Shown piece after piece: positions 17,018 through 25,809 of a stretch of DNA of 62,371 nucleotides. Source of the stretch: Gammaproteobacteria bacterium. Lineage in GTDB: Bacteria; Pseudomonadota; Gammaproteobacteria; GCA-001735895. Where the stretch lies: assembly GCA_024229615.1 (NCBI GenBank), contig JAAESG010000620.1:1-62371 (forward strand), written 5' to 3'. Positions within the stretch are counted from its first letter, which is position 1. The number at the start of each line of letters is the position of its first letter. A program made the position numbers and the translations under genes. The notes below the pieces were generated by a model. It was not told where the DNA came from and searched no databases. It saw nothing but the letters and a program-made list of their open reading frames with translations.

Positions 17018-17400
17018 TGCCGAGAAAAAAGAAAACGCTTAGAGAGATAGCGGCGACGACTCCGAAGGATGAGAAGTTGGAAAAGAGCATCGTTAAAGCG
17101 TGCCTCGATTATTTGAACAGTCTTCCAAGTTCGGAATTTCAAAAACGTCACGGCTCTCGAACCCGCTCCGGAGATCCCGACATTACCGGATGTTTGAATG
17201 GGATGCATTGGGAAATCGAGATCAAGCGGCCAGGCAAAAAACCAACCGACCGTCAATACTCGCGCTTGCGCACCTGGAGCAAGGCGGGGGCTATCGCAAT
17301 ATGGGTAACTTCGCTCGAAGGGCTTCGTGAGTTCATGCAGAAATATGAAGGATATTGCCACGAAGCTATTCGCGAATATGCGCATAGTATGTTACAATGA
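17014..17400 (+). CDS. VRR-NUC domain nuclease
   Basis: EKSI...SGDPDITG...EIEIKRPGKKPTDRQ. Confidence 0.85.
   Translation: MMPRKKKTLREIAATTPKDEKLEKSIVKACLDYLNSLPSSEFQKRHGSRTRSGDPDITGCLNGMHWEIEIKRPGKKPTDRQYSRLRTWSKAGAIAIWVTSLEGLREFMQKYEGYCHEAIREYAHSMLQ
17375..17398 (+). promoter_or_regulatory. Operator AATATGCGCATAGT with extended -10 upstream of the parB-like gene
   Basis: 13/14 match to the palindrome at 60070; TG-T-TACAAT at the same spacing as in the 60065 and 61777 promoters. Confidence 0.6.
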
Positions 17401-17446
17401 TTCCATGAAGAAATCGTAAACCGTTAACAGGAGGATGGAGGGAAAC

Positions 17447-18874
17447 ATGGAAACAAGGATGATGAAAACTGCAAACATTTGCAAAAGCTCAGTCGGAAAC
17501 GTCCGGAAGGATCTCGGCGATCTCTCCGAGCTTACCGCCTCGATCAAAGAGAACGGCATCTTGGAACCGATTGCGGTTCGACCGACACCGGGCGACAATT
17601 ATGAAATCGTTTTCGGCTTCCGGCGCTTTGCTGTTGCTCAAGTGCTCAAGCTCGATGTGGTTCCGGTTGTCGTTTGGCAAAAGCTCTCCGACGAGAAGGT
17701 CATCGAGTTTCAACTCGTCGAGAACCTCAACCGCGAAGACATTCATCCCATGGATGAAGCAATCGGATTTTTTAAACTTCGCGAGGATCACAAAAAGCTG
17801 GTCGAGGATATCGTCAAGGCGACTGGCAAAGTCAAAGCATACATCTATGCCTCGATGAAGCTCGTCGAGCTTTCCGCGCTTGCTCAAGAGGCGTTCCGCA
17901 AGGGCAAGTTCGATGTTTCGGTTGCCGTTCCCCTCGCGAGGATCTCAACCGAAGAGGGCCAGGCAAAAGCCGTCAAGGTAGTTCAAGGGTTGCCCGCTCG
18001 CGAAGCGTTCGCCGAAATCGACAAGATCAATGAGCACATCGAGCTTGATGCGAAGTGGGAAAAGGTGAAGGCGAAAGCGCTGAAGGACAATACAAGTGTT
18101 TTGACGCAAGCAGCCGCCGCAAAAACACTCAATGATGGCTTCGTTCGTCACGACTCGGATTTTGTCAACTTGGACGCTCAAGACTTCAACCATCCCAAGA
18201 TGTTGAAGTATCGCGACATCGTTAAAAAGAACATGCCGCCCGTTATCCTGGCGCAGTGTCCCGACTCTCACAAAATCTTCAAGCTCGCCTCCAAGAAGGA
18301 TTTCGCGAAATCGGTGAAAGCTATCTACGGCGAGAAGGGATACCTGCCCGACAAGCAAACGCTCTCTCCAGAGGTTGCCAAGAGAAACGAAAAGGTGCTC
18401 GCCTTCCGGAAGTTCAAAACGCAAGCCATGCCGCTCGTCATCGAGAAGGCGATCACCGGCTCGACCGTCAACTTTCTTCGCGCGCTCCTTTTGCTATGCA
18501 TCGATGTTGCGCCGGGTCTATTCAACCGGATCTTGCTCAAGCCGTATGACCGGAAGGACGCGGAGTTCCGCCATAGCATCGGCACCATGAATGAGAAACA
18601 ACTTCGCGACGAGCTTTTCGTCTTGCTCGCCTCGGAGGTAAACGAGAGCAAGTTTGCCAACGTCTGCAATCTGTTGAAGGTGAGCGATGCCTCAATCTCA
18701 AAGATCAAGCAACAAGTTTCGGATGAAGCCAAAGCCAAAACGCAGCGAGCTAAAGAGATCGAAAAGAAGAAGCTCGCAAAGGCGAAAGCGGATAAGGCAA
18801 AACCGAAGGGAGAGGAAAAGGCCAAGCCCGCGCCTAAGTATTCCAAGGGACGAAGAGCTTCTAAAAAATCTTGA
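17447..18874 (+). CDS. parB: ParB/Spo0J-family protein with long C-terminal extension
   Basis: GILEPIAVR...YEIVFGFRR...QLVENLNREDIHPMDEA, then HTH region; Lys-rich tail; start could be 17435, 17447 or 17459. Confidence 0.85.
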   Translation: METRMMKTANICKSSVGNVRKDLGDLSELTASIKENGILEPIAVRPTPGDNYEIVFGFRRFAVAQVLKLDVVPVVVWQKLSDEKVIEFQLVENLNREDIHPMDEAIGFFKLREDHKKLVEDIVKATGKVKAYIYASMKLVELSALAQEAFRKGKFDVSVAVPLARISTEEGQAKAVKVVQGLPAREAFAEIDKINEHIELDAKWEKVKAKALKDNTSVLTQAAAAKTLNDGFVRHDSDFVNLDAQDFNHPKMLKYRDIVKKNMPPVILAQCPDSHKIFKLASKKDFAKSVKAIYGEKGYLPDKQTLSPEVAKRNEKVLAFRKFKTQAMPLVIEKAITGSTVNFLRALLLLCIDVAPGLFNRILLKPYDRKDAEFRHSIGTMNEKQLRDELFVLLASEVNESKFANVCNLLKVSDASISKIKQQVSDEAKAKTQRAKEIEKKKLAKAKADKAKPKGEEKAKPAPKYSKGRRASKKS

Positions 18875-18923
18875 TGTTGGCGAGGTACGGTGAATTAGGG
18901 CCTAGCCTAAGCCTCGCCACAAA

Positions 18924-18969
18924 GCCCTCGCTCCTTGAACCCAAGGCAAGGAGCGGGGGCGCTACCTTT
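18924..18969 (+). terminator. Stem-loop after parB
   Basis: GCCCTCGCTCCTTG...CAAGGAGCGGGGGC inverted repeat. Confidence 0.5.
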
Positions 18970-18980
18970 GGGAGGGAATC

Positions 18981-19379
18981 ATGGTCGAAACTAAAAAGCT
19001 GTCAAAGACAATCGCCGAGGCGGTTTTCGATTGGATCATATCGCTTCAATGGGCTGTCCGGCCCGAAAAGCTCGCCGAAGAATTCAAGGCGGGGATGCAA
19101 GACATCATCGAGGATGTTATAAGGAAAGGGAGAGAAAGCGAGGCTCCGAAGAAACATGATCTTCGAATTATCCCTAAAGGCGCTGAATTAAATTGGGATC
19201 GACATCACGAAGGCGGAGAGATGCTTCAATGCTTGGATTGCGGAAGTGTTTTTACGAAACGCTTTCATCAATATGCGGAATGGATCGATTGCAGCGACGA
19301 GCGCCGGTTTCGAGAAGGTAATCGCGAAACCGCCTTATCCATGATGGTCGATGTTAGCTCGGAAAGGTTTGAACCATGA
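18981..19379 (+). CDS. Hypothetical protein
   Basis: GGGAGGG SD; CLDC. Confidence 0.6.
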   Translation: MVETKKLSKTIAEAVFDWIISLQWAVRPEKLAEEFKAGMQDIIEDVIRKGRESEAPKKHDLRIIPKGAELNWDRHHEGGEMLQCLDCGSVFTKRFHQYAEWIDCSDERRFREGNRETALSMMVDVSSERFEP

Positions 19380-20251
19380 AATTCTCACTTCCTGTTGTAG
19401 CACCTTCGAAAAAAGGAACGCCGGTCGATTTAAAAAAACTCGTCGGCGTTACCGCGTTTGCACTGGGGCTTCGTAACGAGGTTTACATCCGTTCCTTCAT
19501 CGAGCGGATCATAAGGTTCAATTACAACACGATTCGCTTAGGCTCAGAAACGGGAGGATGGACGGCGCACGATCATCCGGAGTGGTTGCCCGAAGGACCG
19601 AAGATCAACACGAAGGCAGCGAGAAAAAACGTTAAGAAGGTTTTAAGGATCGCCGCCGAGTATCCGAACCTCTGGGTACAGCTAGTCGTGGGCTTCACTG
19701 CCAGGGACGATCACAGAGCAACGAAGAGATGGGCGAAATCGATGGCTCGTATCTCTCGACCTTACCGAAACGTTTTTCTCTCCGCCATGAACGAACCCTA
19801 CATGAGCAATTGGACAACCGGCGAGCTTATCGAGTTGATCGACATTTGCAAAAGAAGCAAGCGACCGGTTGGCGTGGACCAACAAGCCGAGGGAGGGCAT
19901 TGGAGATATAACCGCGAGCTTGCGGCGCATTGCGATTACCTCGATATGCATCCGAGGCGAAATCCCGATCTCAACCGGAACGAGATAGAAAATCTTGAAA
20001 GGCTAAATAATTGGGTGTTCCTTTCGGAGACGACTTGTTATCTCTCGGATGCAAATGCAACTCAGTGGCCGAGCTTGAGAAACAACAGCCTCTTTTATCT
20101 CGACGGAAATTCCAAAGAGAAGGCACAGAGAAGAGAGGCGCGCAATTACAAAAACCGGGTGAAGCGCGTTCATCAAATTATGTGGAGCTTCCATTCCATC
20201 GATCTGATAAAGTGCAACACGCTTGATTTCTGGTTGCCGCGATGGAGGTAG
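19376..20251 (+). CDS. Putative TIM-barrel glycoside hydrolase (clan GH-A-like)
   Basis: NYNTIRL, AMNEPY (acid/base NEP), DYLDMHP, FLSET (nucleophile-like E). Confidence 0.6.
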   Translation: MKFSLPVVAPSKKGTPVDLKKLVGVTAFALGLRNEVYIRSFIERIIRFNYNTIRLGSETGGWTAHDHPEWLPEGPKINTKAARKNVKKVLRIAAEYPNLWVQLVVGFTARDDHRATKRWAKSMARISRPYRNVFLSAMNEPYMSNWTTGELIELIDICKRSKRPVGVDQQAEGGHWRYNRELAAHCDYLDMHPRRNPDLNRNEIENLERLNNWVFLSETTCYLSDANATQWPSLRNNSLFYLDGNSKEKAQRREARNYKNRVKRVHQIMWSFHSIDLIKCNTLDFWLPRWR

Positions 20252-20254
20252 GGA

Positions 20255-20449
20255 ATGTCTATCGATTGGTACGAAATCGGTTTCGGTTATAAGTACCATG
20301 CCATAGAAGACGGTAAAACGCTTTGTGGGACCGGAGAGATTTTTTATCGAACGGTTACGCGGGTAAATCCGCCAGGCGATGATCCCTGCAGCGCAAACGA
20401 AAAATATTGCAAGCTCTGTCATGCAATCGCGCTTAGGAGAAAAAGATGA
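20255..20449 (+). CDS. Small Zn-binding protein
   Basis: YHAI...TLCG...CKLC; GGAGG SD. Confidence 0.55.
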   Translation: MSIDWYEIGFGYKYHAIEDGKTLCGTGEIFYRTVTRVNPPGDDPCSANEKYCKLCHAIALRRKR

Positions 20450-20532
20450 AAGACAAAAGCAATTTGTACCTGGGCCTACTCTTCGCCTTTGCGATTGCTT
20501 GGGCGCTTTTTTCTTGGTGGACAACCGTATGA
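20446..20532 (+). CDS. 28-aa transmembrane peptide (not in the ORF track)
   Basis: MKDKSNLYLGLLFAFAIAWALFSWWTTV*, AGGAG SD, ATGA overlaps on both sides. Confidence 0.5.
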   Translation: MKDKSNLYLGLLFAFAIAWALFSWWTTV

Positions 20533-20858
20533 AAACGGCAAAGAAGCCTTGTCGTGTCTGCGAAGGTACCGGGAAGGTACCTATCAAAGGAGCCAAATCC
20601 GGTTATCCGACCGAAACGATGTGCCTGTTTTGCAAGGGGCAAGGATGGATCTCGGTTTCTCAGATGCAACCGCTTCGTGCTGTTAGACGAAATCGCAGCC
20701 TATTCAAATCGTTTTATGAAGCGCTGGCGATGTTCATTGTTTGCGGAGCGTTCGTGCTCGTGCTCTACGAGATTGAATATCTCGACCGCCTTCCCGCTTC
20801 TGTTTTGCTCGCTGTTCTGTTCTTGCTTTTTTGGAACGCACATCATAGGAGCCGGTAG
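20529..20858 (+). CDS. DnaJ-type Zn finger plus two-TM protein
   Basis: CRVCEGTG...CLFCKGQG then hydrophobic helices. Confidence 0.6.
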   Translation: MKTAKKPCRVCEGTGKVPIKGAKSGYPTETMCLFCKGQGWISVSQMQPLRAVRRNRSLFKSFYEALAMFIVCGAFVLVLYEIEYLDRLPASVLLAVLFLLFWNAHHRSR

Positions 20859-20860
20859 TC

Positions 20861-21715
20861 GTGCCGTTTATCATTCGTTCGGTTCTCGATGAGCACACCT
20901 GCGAGAAGTGCAAACGTTTGCATGGGATGATACTTCATACCATGCTCGAATTAAGCGATCATTCCAAAAAGAGATACGCGGAATGTGAGAACGCCGACAA
21001 TGGGTGTCGGTGTTCTGTTACCTTCCATTATCCAAAGGAGGATGATATGACAAGCCAAGAACAAGAACACGATCCCTCGGATGAGCAACGAGAGATCAAC
21101 AAGGCGGCAACCGCCGACGAAGAAACCGCAGTCAACGAAGATGAGGTTGGCAAAGTCGTTACCGGCGACGGTAGCGGAGAAGCGCTTCCCGAGATGCCCG
21201 ACGAAGAGGTTTTAACGTTACATGAAGACGGTACGGTTACAGAAGGCGAAGAGCCGACCGGCAAGCATGGAGCGAGCCTCGAAGTCACCGACGAGATCGG
21301 CGGAGTAAGTGAAGAGCTTGCAGCAAAGCTCGAAGGAACTGAAACGCCCGCGCCGGGCGTAGAGCCGAAAACTCGGGTTGTCAAAAGGACAATCGACGAA
21401 ACCGATCCGAAGCTCGCCGTAGCCGACAAGCTAACCGATGAGGCAAACGCGCTCACCAATGAGGCGAATGCTTTGACAGATGAAAACAAAACCGAAGAGG
21501 CCGAAGCGAAGCTCAAAGAAGCAGGTGAAAAACTCGCCGAGGCAGATAGGCTACTCGATGAAATCGAAACTCGGCATGATGATTCCATCGATACCGGCGT
21601 GCTCGCTTGCCCTAAGTGCAAGAAACGCAAAACCGTCAACGTCGAAGAGTGGACCGGCGCAACCCGTTGTACGAAGTGTAGCGCGATTCTCACTGCAAAC
21701 GATGCCGTGGAGTAA
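20861..21715 (+). CDS. Acidic protein with N-terminal gpF-like Cys motif and C-terminal Zn ribbon; probable internal start at 21047
   Basis: DEHTCEKCKRLHG...GCRC; AAGGAGGA SD before MTSQEQ; LT(D/N)EANA heptad repeats; CPKC...CTKC. Confidence 0.55.
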   Translation: MPFIIRSVLDEHTCEKCKRLHGMILHTMLELSDHSKKRYAECENADNGCRCSVTFHYPKEDDMTSQEQEHDPSDEQREINKAATADEETAVNEDEVGKVVTGDGSGEALPEMPDEEVLTLHEDGTVTEGEEPTGKHGASLEVTDEIGGVSEELAAKLEGTETPAPGVEPKTRVVKRTIDETDPKLAVADKLTDEANALTNEANALTDENKTEEAEAKLKEAGEKLAEADRLLDEIETRHDDSIDTGVLACPKCKKRKTVNVEEWTGATRCTKCSAILTANDAVE

Positions 21716-21721
21716 AGCCCC

Positions 21722-21862
21722 ATGGCCGATGAGCCGATGAGCGCTTGTCAACGTTGCGGTAAAGCTGTTCCGCGTTTGCGACAATGGGAGGATATATACG
21801 TCTGCCCCGCTTGTTGGAAGGACGTTCACGATCCTTTTGCATTTCTTGAAAACGGAGAATAG
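21722..21862 (+). CDS. 46-aa Zn-finger protein (not in the ORF track)
   Basis: CQRC...CPAC; GGAG SD. Confidence 0.5.
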   Translation: MADEPMSACQRCGKAVPRLRQWEDIYVCPACWKDVHDPFAFLENGE

Positions 21863-21865
21863 TCC

Positions 21866-22033
21866 ATGGCTTACATTCGGCAAATTCTGTCGGCGTGCGA
21901 GACGCCAGGATGTAGCAGCCAAGCAAAAGTAAAAGTCTACAATAATCAAAACTCATTGCTTGGAAGCTACTGTCGCCCATGCGGAACGGCAAAATGGAAG
22001 CAACAAGAAAAGATAGAAAAGGCTGGCACTTGA
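21866..22033 (+). CDS. 55-aa Zn-finger protein (not in the ORF track)
   Basis: CETPGC...YCRPC; GGAG SD. Confidence 0.5.
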   Translation: MAYIRQILSACETPGCSSQAKVKVYNNQNSLLGSYCRPCGTAKWKQQEKIEKAGT

Positions 22034-22077
22034 TTCTTGCTCAATAGGTTGACACTATAAAAAAGGGGTAAACCTCA

Positions 22078-22683
22078 ATGAAGAAAAAACCTATACGCAA
22101 GAAAGGCCGGAAGCCTGGGCCGAAGGCTCATAAAAAAAGAACCCGCGCTCCAGCAAAGAAAAAACCGCCTCGAAGAAAACTCTCGACGAAACAACTCCCC
22201 GAGCAAGATGTTGATTTCGAAACATTGCTCGGGGAGCTACTTCCAAGGCAAAAAGAATTTCTGGAAGCGTACTATGAAGAGGGAACGGTTGCAGAAGCCG
22301 CACGCAAAACCGGAGTTTCCCGCCAGGCACATCATGACGTTTGGATGAGAAAGGATAGCGCCGGGAAATATGTCTACGGGCTCTATGCTCAACTCTTCAA
22401 CGATGCAAGAAACGCGCTCGTCGAAATTGCAGAGGCCGCACTCTGGAAGCGTGGCGTCAAAGGGATCGATGAGCCCCTCTTCTATCAAGGCGAAATGACG
22501 AAACATAAAATAACGAAGTACGATACAACCGCTTTGATATTTTGGCTCAAAGGAAACTGCCCGCAGAAGTATCGAGATCGCTTCGAGCATACCGGTCGAG
22601 ATGGCGGACCTATCTCGATGACCATCGATGCCGCAAGACAAATCGCAGATAACTTCGACAAGAACCAAAAGGAGGGAACGTGA
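22078..22683 (+). CDS. terS: Terminase small subunit
   Basis: QKEFLEAY...GTVAEAARKTGVSR HTH; YDTTALIFWLKG..P.KYRDR.EHTG.DGGPI; upstream of TerL. Confidence 0.8.
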   Translation: MKKKPIRKKGRKPGPKAHKKRTRAPAKKKPPRRKLSTKQLPEQDVDFETLLGELLPRQKEFLEAYYEEGTVAEAARKTGVSRQAHHDVWMRKDSAGKYVYGLYAQLFNDARNALVEIAEAALWKRGVKGIDEPLFYQGEMTKHKITKYDTTALIFWLKGNCPQKYRDRFEHTGRDGGPISMTIDAARQIADNFDKNQKEGT

Positions 22684-22943
22684 CAGAGCCCGAAGATCCA
22701 AGAGAGCCTCGCATCTGGAAACGTCAGATAAAGATCGAGATTGCTCGAAAGGGGTATCAAACAAAAGTCAGCCTAGCAGGATTGATAATTCCAATAAAGA
22801 GCATGGCTTTCGTTGCCGATTCGCCAGGAGAGCCTTACGTTGAACTAAAAATCCCGTATCGCTTTATCGAGCTTTCTGTAACGCAGGAAGGCGAGAACGA
22901 TGCCGTGTTTGATGAAGCCGGGAGAGAGAAGGAGGATCTGTGA
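22680..22943 (+). CDS. Hypothetical protein
   Basis: GTGA overlap, AAGGAGG SD. Confidence 0.55.
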   Translation: MTEPEDPREPRIWKRQIKIEIARKGYQTKVSLAGLIIPIKSMAFVADSPGEPYVELKIPYRFIELSVTQEGENDAVFDEAGREKEDL

Positions 22944-23149
22944 CACCGCAAAAAGAAATCGAGTCGCTCAAGAGGCGATTCTACGAAACTGAACGCACCC
23001 TAAAGGCCATCGTAAAGCTGTATGGCGCTCAAGGAGTCATGCTCGATGATACCGACTTGGCGAACGTTGCCGATGACGACAACTTGATCATTAGTCGTAT
23101 CCCGCAGTCTCACAAGATGCGATATCGAGTCAAGGAGGCTGGCCGATGA
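22940..23149 (+). CDS. Hypothetical protein
   Basis: GTGA overlap, AAGGAGG SD. Confidence 0.55.
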   Translation: MTPQKEIESLKRRFYETERTLKAIVKLYGAQGVMLDDTDLANVADDDNLIISRIPQSHKMRYRVKEAGR

Positions 23150-23292
23150 AAAAGTTTGAAGACATCGCAACCGAAGTTTCTCAAAAAGCCTCGCGAGTCG
23201 ATTGTCACATCGATGATTACATCGAGGGGCTCAAGCTAATCATCGAGCGCTTGCAGGAAGATATCAACGCAGCAAGGGAGACGACACGATGA
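23146..23292 (+). CDS. 48-aa hypothetical protein (not in the ORF track)
   Basis: MKKFEDIATEVSQ..., AAGGAGG SD, ATGA overlaps. Confidence 0.55.
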   Translation: MKKFEDIATEVSQKASRVDCHIDDYIEGLKLIIERLQEDINAARETTR

Positions 23293-23507
23293 AGAAAGAA
23301 GATATCGACGAAGGTAAGAAGCTCGCACAAGCCTCGCTCAAGTGGTGGAGAACTACGCTTCCATCCTTCGAACATGAAAGCCATTCCGACGAACCGATCC
23401 CGAAGCTCGTCAAGTGGCTTAACCGATTTGCGTTCCCTGCGCTCGCTGCGGGCGTAGACGCGCAGAAAACTCGGTTGTCTAGGAGAAAAACCCATGTTAA
23501 GAAATAA
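23289..23507 (+). CDS. Hypothetical protein
   Basis: ATGA overlap. Confidence 0.5.
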   Translation: MKKEDIDEGKKLAQASLKWWRTTLPSFEHESHSDEPIPKLVKWLNRFAFPALAAGVDAQKTRLSRRKTHVKK

Positions 23508-23799
23508 TTGTGAAGGATCATCGGTGCTGGCTCGCTTAATGAAGCTCGATGTTCGAAGAGCCGCGTTCAAAGCCTTTCAAAAACTTTTTTGCGATCACGA
23601 TTACGATCTCATCGGCAATGGGAAAATCGTTCATCTCGATCCAGAGAAGCATGGAACTATCGAGATGAAAAAGTGGGGACGTGTCGCAAGGATGCAGGTT
23701 GCGGAGCTTCATTGTCGCCTATGCAAAAAAACCGTTGCTATGATGAAGGATAATCACATCGAAATCGGCGCAGCCTTGTACATGATTTCAGACGAATAG
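23494..23799 (+). CDS. Hypothetical protein (LFCDHDY...CRLC)
   Basis: AGGAG SD; Zn-binding pattern. Confidence 0.5.
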   Translation: MLRNNCEGSSVLARLMKLDVRRAAFKAFQKLFCDHDYDLIGNGKIVHLDPEKHGTIEMKKWGRVARMQVAELHCRLCKKTVAMMKDNHIEIGAALYMISDE

Positions 23800-23802
23800 C
23801 CT

Positions 23803-25359
23803 TTGATAGCAACGCTTCCCCTTGATGAGATGGTCGCTCTCTATGTGAGCGACCCTCCTTTTTTTGCTCGGGACATCTATCCAAGCCTAAGCCAGGATCA
23901 AAAGATCGCGCTCTGTATGCGCGATTCTGTTTTGTTCTCAAAGAATATCCTGCAGCATGTTACATGGGACAAACAAGATGAGATGCTCCGAGCTATCTTT
24001 GAGAATGATAAGACTGGCGTTAAAGCCTGCCATGCAAGCTCGAAAACTTACTCCGCTGCCGAGGCTGCAGTCTATTGGCTAGCCCGCTATAAAGACGGTG
24101 TGGTCATCTCGACCGCGCCAGGGGACCGGCAAGTAACGGGCCTCCTATGGAGAGAGGTTCGCGAAGCGCTATCAAGGTGCCTTCTCGATTTCGGTGTCAA
24201 GCCTACTCTCAAGGGGCTCAACATAACCGAAACAAATTATGGAATGGGAATGGCAACCCGTTCCGATGTTACTGCAGGAAGGGGCGTTCGCTTTTCTGGT
24301 TTCCACGGTGGCAAGATTCTTTTAATCGTTGATGAAGCGCCAGGTGTGAGTCAAGATATTTGGGACGGCATTCAAGGCATACAGGCAGGCGGTGAGGTTC
24401 ACGTTGTAGCGCTCGGCAACCCGGTTATTCCTTCCGGGCCTTTTTATGACATCTTCCACACGAAGCGCGCCGGATGGCATTGTATTACCATCGATGCTTT
24501 CGAAACGCCTAACCTTATCGGGCTCAATATTCACGACATCGCCAAAATGAGTCAAGAGGAGCTTGACCTAAACCCGAGTCATGTTCCGAACCTCATCACG
24601 CGCCGATGGGTTCGAAATATGATGGATGAGTTAAACGTTGATCCCGATGCGCCCGATGAGCTTCAAGACCCGCTTTGGCAATCGAAGGTTCGCGGCCAGT
24701 TTCCCACGCAAGCGGAAGATTCAGTTATTTGGCTCGCATGGATTGAAGCGGCGAGAACAAAAGAGCGCGACGACCAACCGAAAGGCTTTTTTACTGCGGG
24801 CGTCGATCCTGCTGCCGGGGGGGACAACGCAACAGCGGTTGAAGTCGTCGAGGGATATCATCTCGCCGGTCGCAATTCATGGAGGAAAAAAGATCCAAGA
24901 GGCGAGGTTGTTGCGTTTCTCAACGGCTTTGGACCGATGCTCCGCGAGGTTCGTGTTGATGTTGATGGAGTTGGCTATTATTTCGCGAAGCACTTGGGAG
25001 ATCAAGGATTCAACGTGGTCGAGTTCCATAATGGAGCAACCGCGATCAACGAGAAACGTTTCAAGAACAAAAAGACCGAGGGTTTCTGGAACCTGCGCGA
25101 GCTATACCAGCGTGGGCTCATAACGGGAAAGATCGACGACACCACAATGAGCCAGCTTTCCTCGATTCGTTATGGACACGATCCTAAAGGCATCATTGAA
25201 GTCGAGAGCAAGGATTCGATGGCAAAGCGTGGGGTGAAGTCGCCCGACCACGCTGACGCTCAGATGATGGCGCTCGCTCCGGTACACAAGGTAGGTACAC
25301 CGCCCTCCGATAGAATGATGGCTACATTGCGGCACATTCCAGCAATGAGCCAGTTTTGA
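23803..25359 (+). CDS. terL: Terminase large subunit
   Basis: Q motif WDKQ, P-loop variant KACHASSKT, Walker B LLIVDEAPG, ALGNP, RNase H GVDPA, SPDHADA; start may be 23830. Confidence 0.92.
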   Translation: MIATLPLDEMVALYVSDPPFFARDIYPSLSQDQKIALCMRDSVLFSKNILQHVTWDKQDEMLRAIFENDKTGVKACHASSKTYSAAEAAVYWLARYKDGVVISTAPGDRQVTGLLWREVREALSRCLLDFGVKPTLKGLNITETNYGMGMATRSDVTAGRGVRFSGFHGGKILLIVDEAPGVSQDIWDGIQGIQAGGEVHVVALGNPVIPSGPFYDIFHTKRAGWHCITIDAFETPNLIGLNIHDIAKMSQEELDLNPSHVPNLITRRWVRNMMDELNVDPDAPDELQDPLWQSKVRGQFPTQAEDSVIWLAWIEAARTKERDDQPKGFFTAGVDPAAGGDNATAVEVVEGYHLAGRNSWRKKDPRGEVVAFLNGFGPMLREVRVDVDGVGYYFAKHLGDQGFNVVEFHNGATAINEKRFKNKKTEGFWNLRELYQRGLITGKIDDTTMSQLSSIRYGHDPKGIIEVESKDSMAKRGVKSPDHADAQMMALAPVHKVGTPPSDRMMATLRHIPAMSQF

Positions 25360-25484
25360 TACAGTGAGCATAAATCTACATGGAACGCGCGGATGAAAAA
25401 AAGACGATCACGCTGATCGAACTTTTTTTCTCGGTGTACCACTGCACGTCCGTATACCGTGGTATCCGGAAGGAGAGATAAAAA

Positions 25485-25763
25485 ATGCAAACGTGTGCAA
25501 CGTGCCGTTATTTCATGCTGCGAGAAAACGATGACAATGGAAACGGAGATTGCGTTCGATATCCCCCGAAGCATATTATCAGTGGGTACGATATCGTCGA
25601 GCTTGAAGCGACCGATAAGGCTCCAGTGATAACGATGCCGAGTGGAGTGCCCGCGCGTCCGCTCTCGATGTGGTTGGTTGAGCCTAAGTACACATCGGCT
25701 TATGATGGCGTTAGAGAAGGGCTCGGTTGCGGAGAGTGGAGAGTAAAAGAGGAAGTGCATTGA
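25485..25763 (+). CDS. Cys-rich phage protein
   Basis: CATCRYF...GDCVRYPP...GCGEW. Confidence 0.6.
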   Translation: MQTCATCRYFMLRENDDNGNGDCVRYPPKHIISGYDIVELEATDKAPVITMPSGVPARPLSMWLVEPKYTSAYDGVREGLGCGEWRVKEEVH

Positions 25764-25788
25764 ATAACGAAATCGATTCGTATATCAT
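25760..25788 (+). promoter_or_regulatory. Putative promoter for the head operon
   Basis: TTGAAT-17 nt-TATCAT upstream of portal. Confidence 0.4.
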
Positions 25789-25809
25789 CTCAAACCGGAG
25801 GCCGATGCC

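Noticed and set aside
18876-18922. Second short NGY-NN tract after parB
   Set aside because: Only about six units, no boundary motif, and explained by the inverted repeat TGGCGAGG...CCTCGCCA
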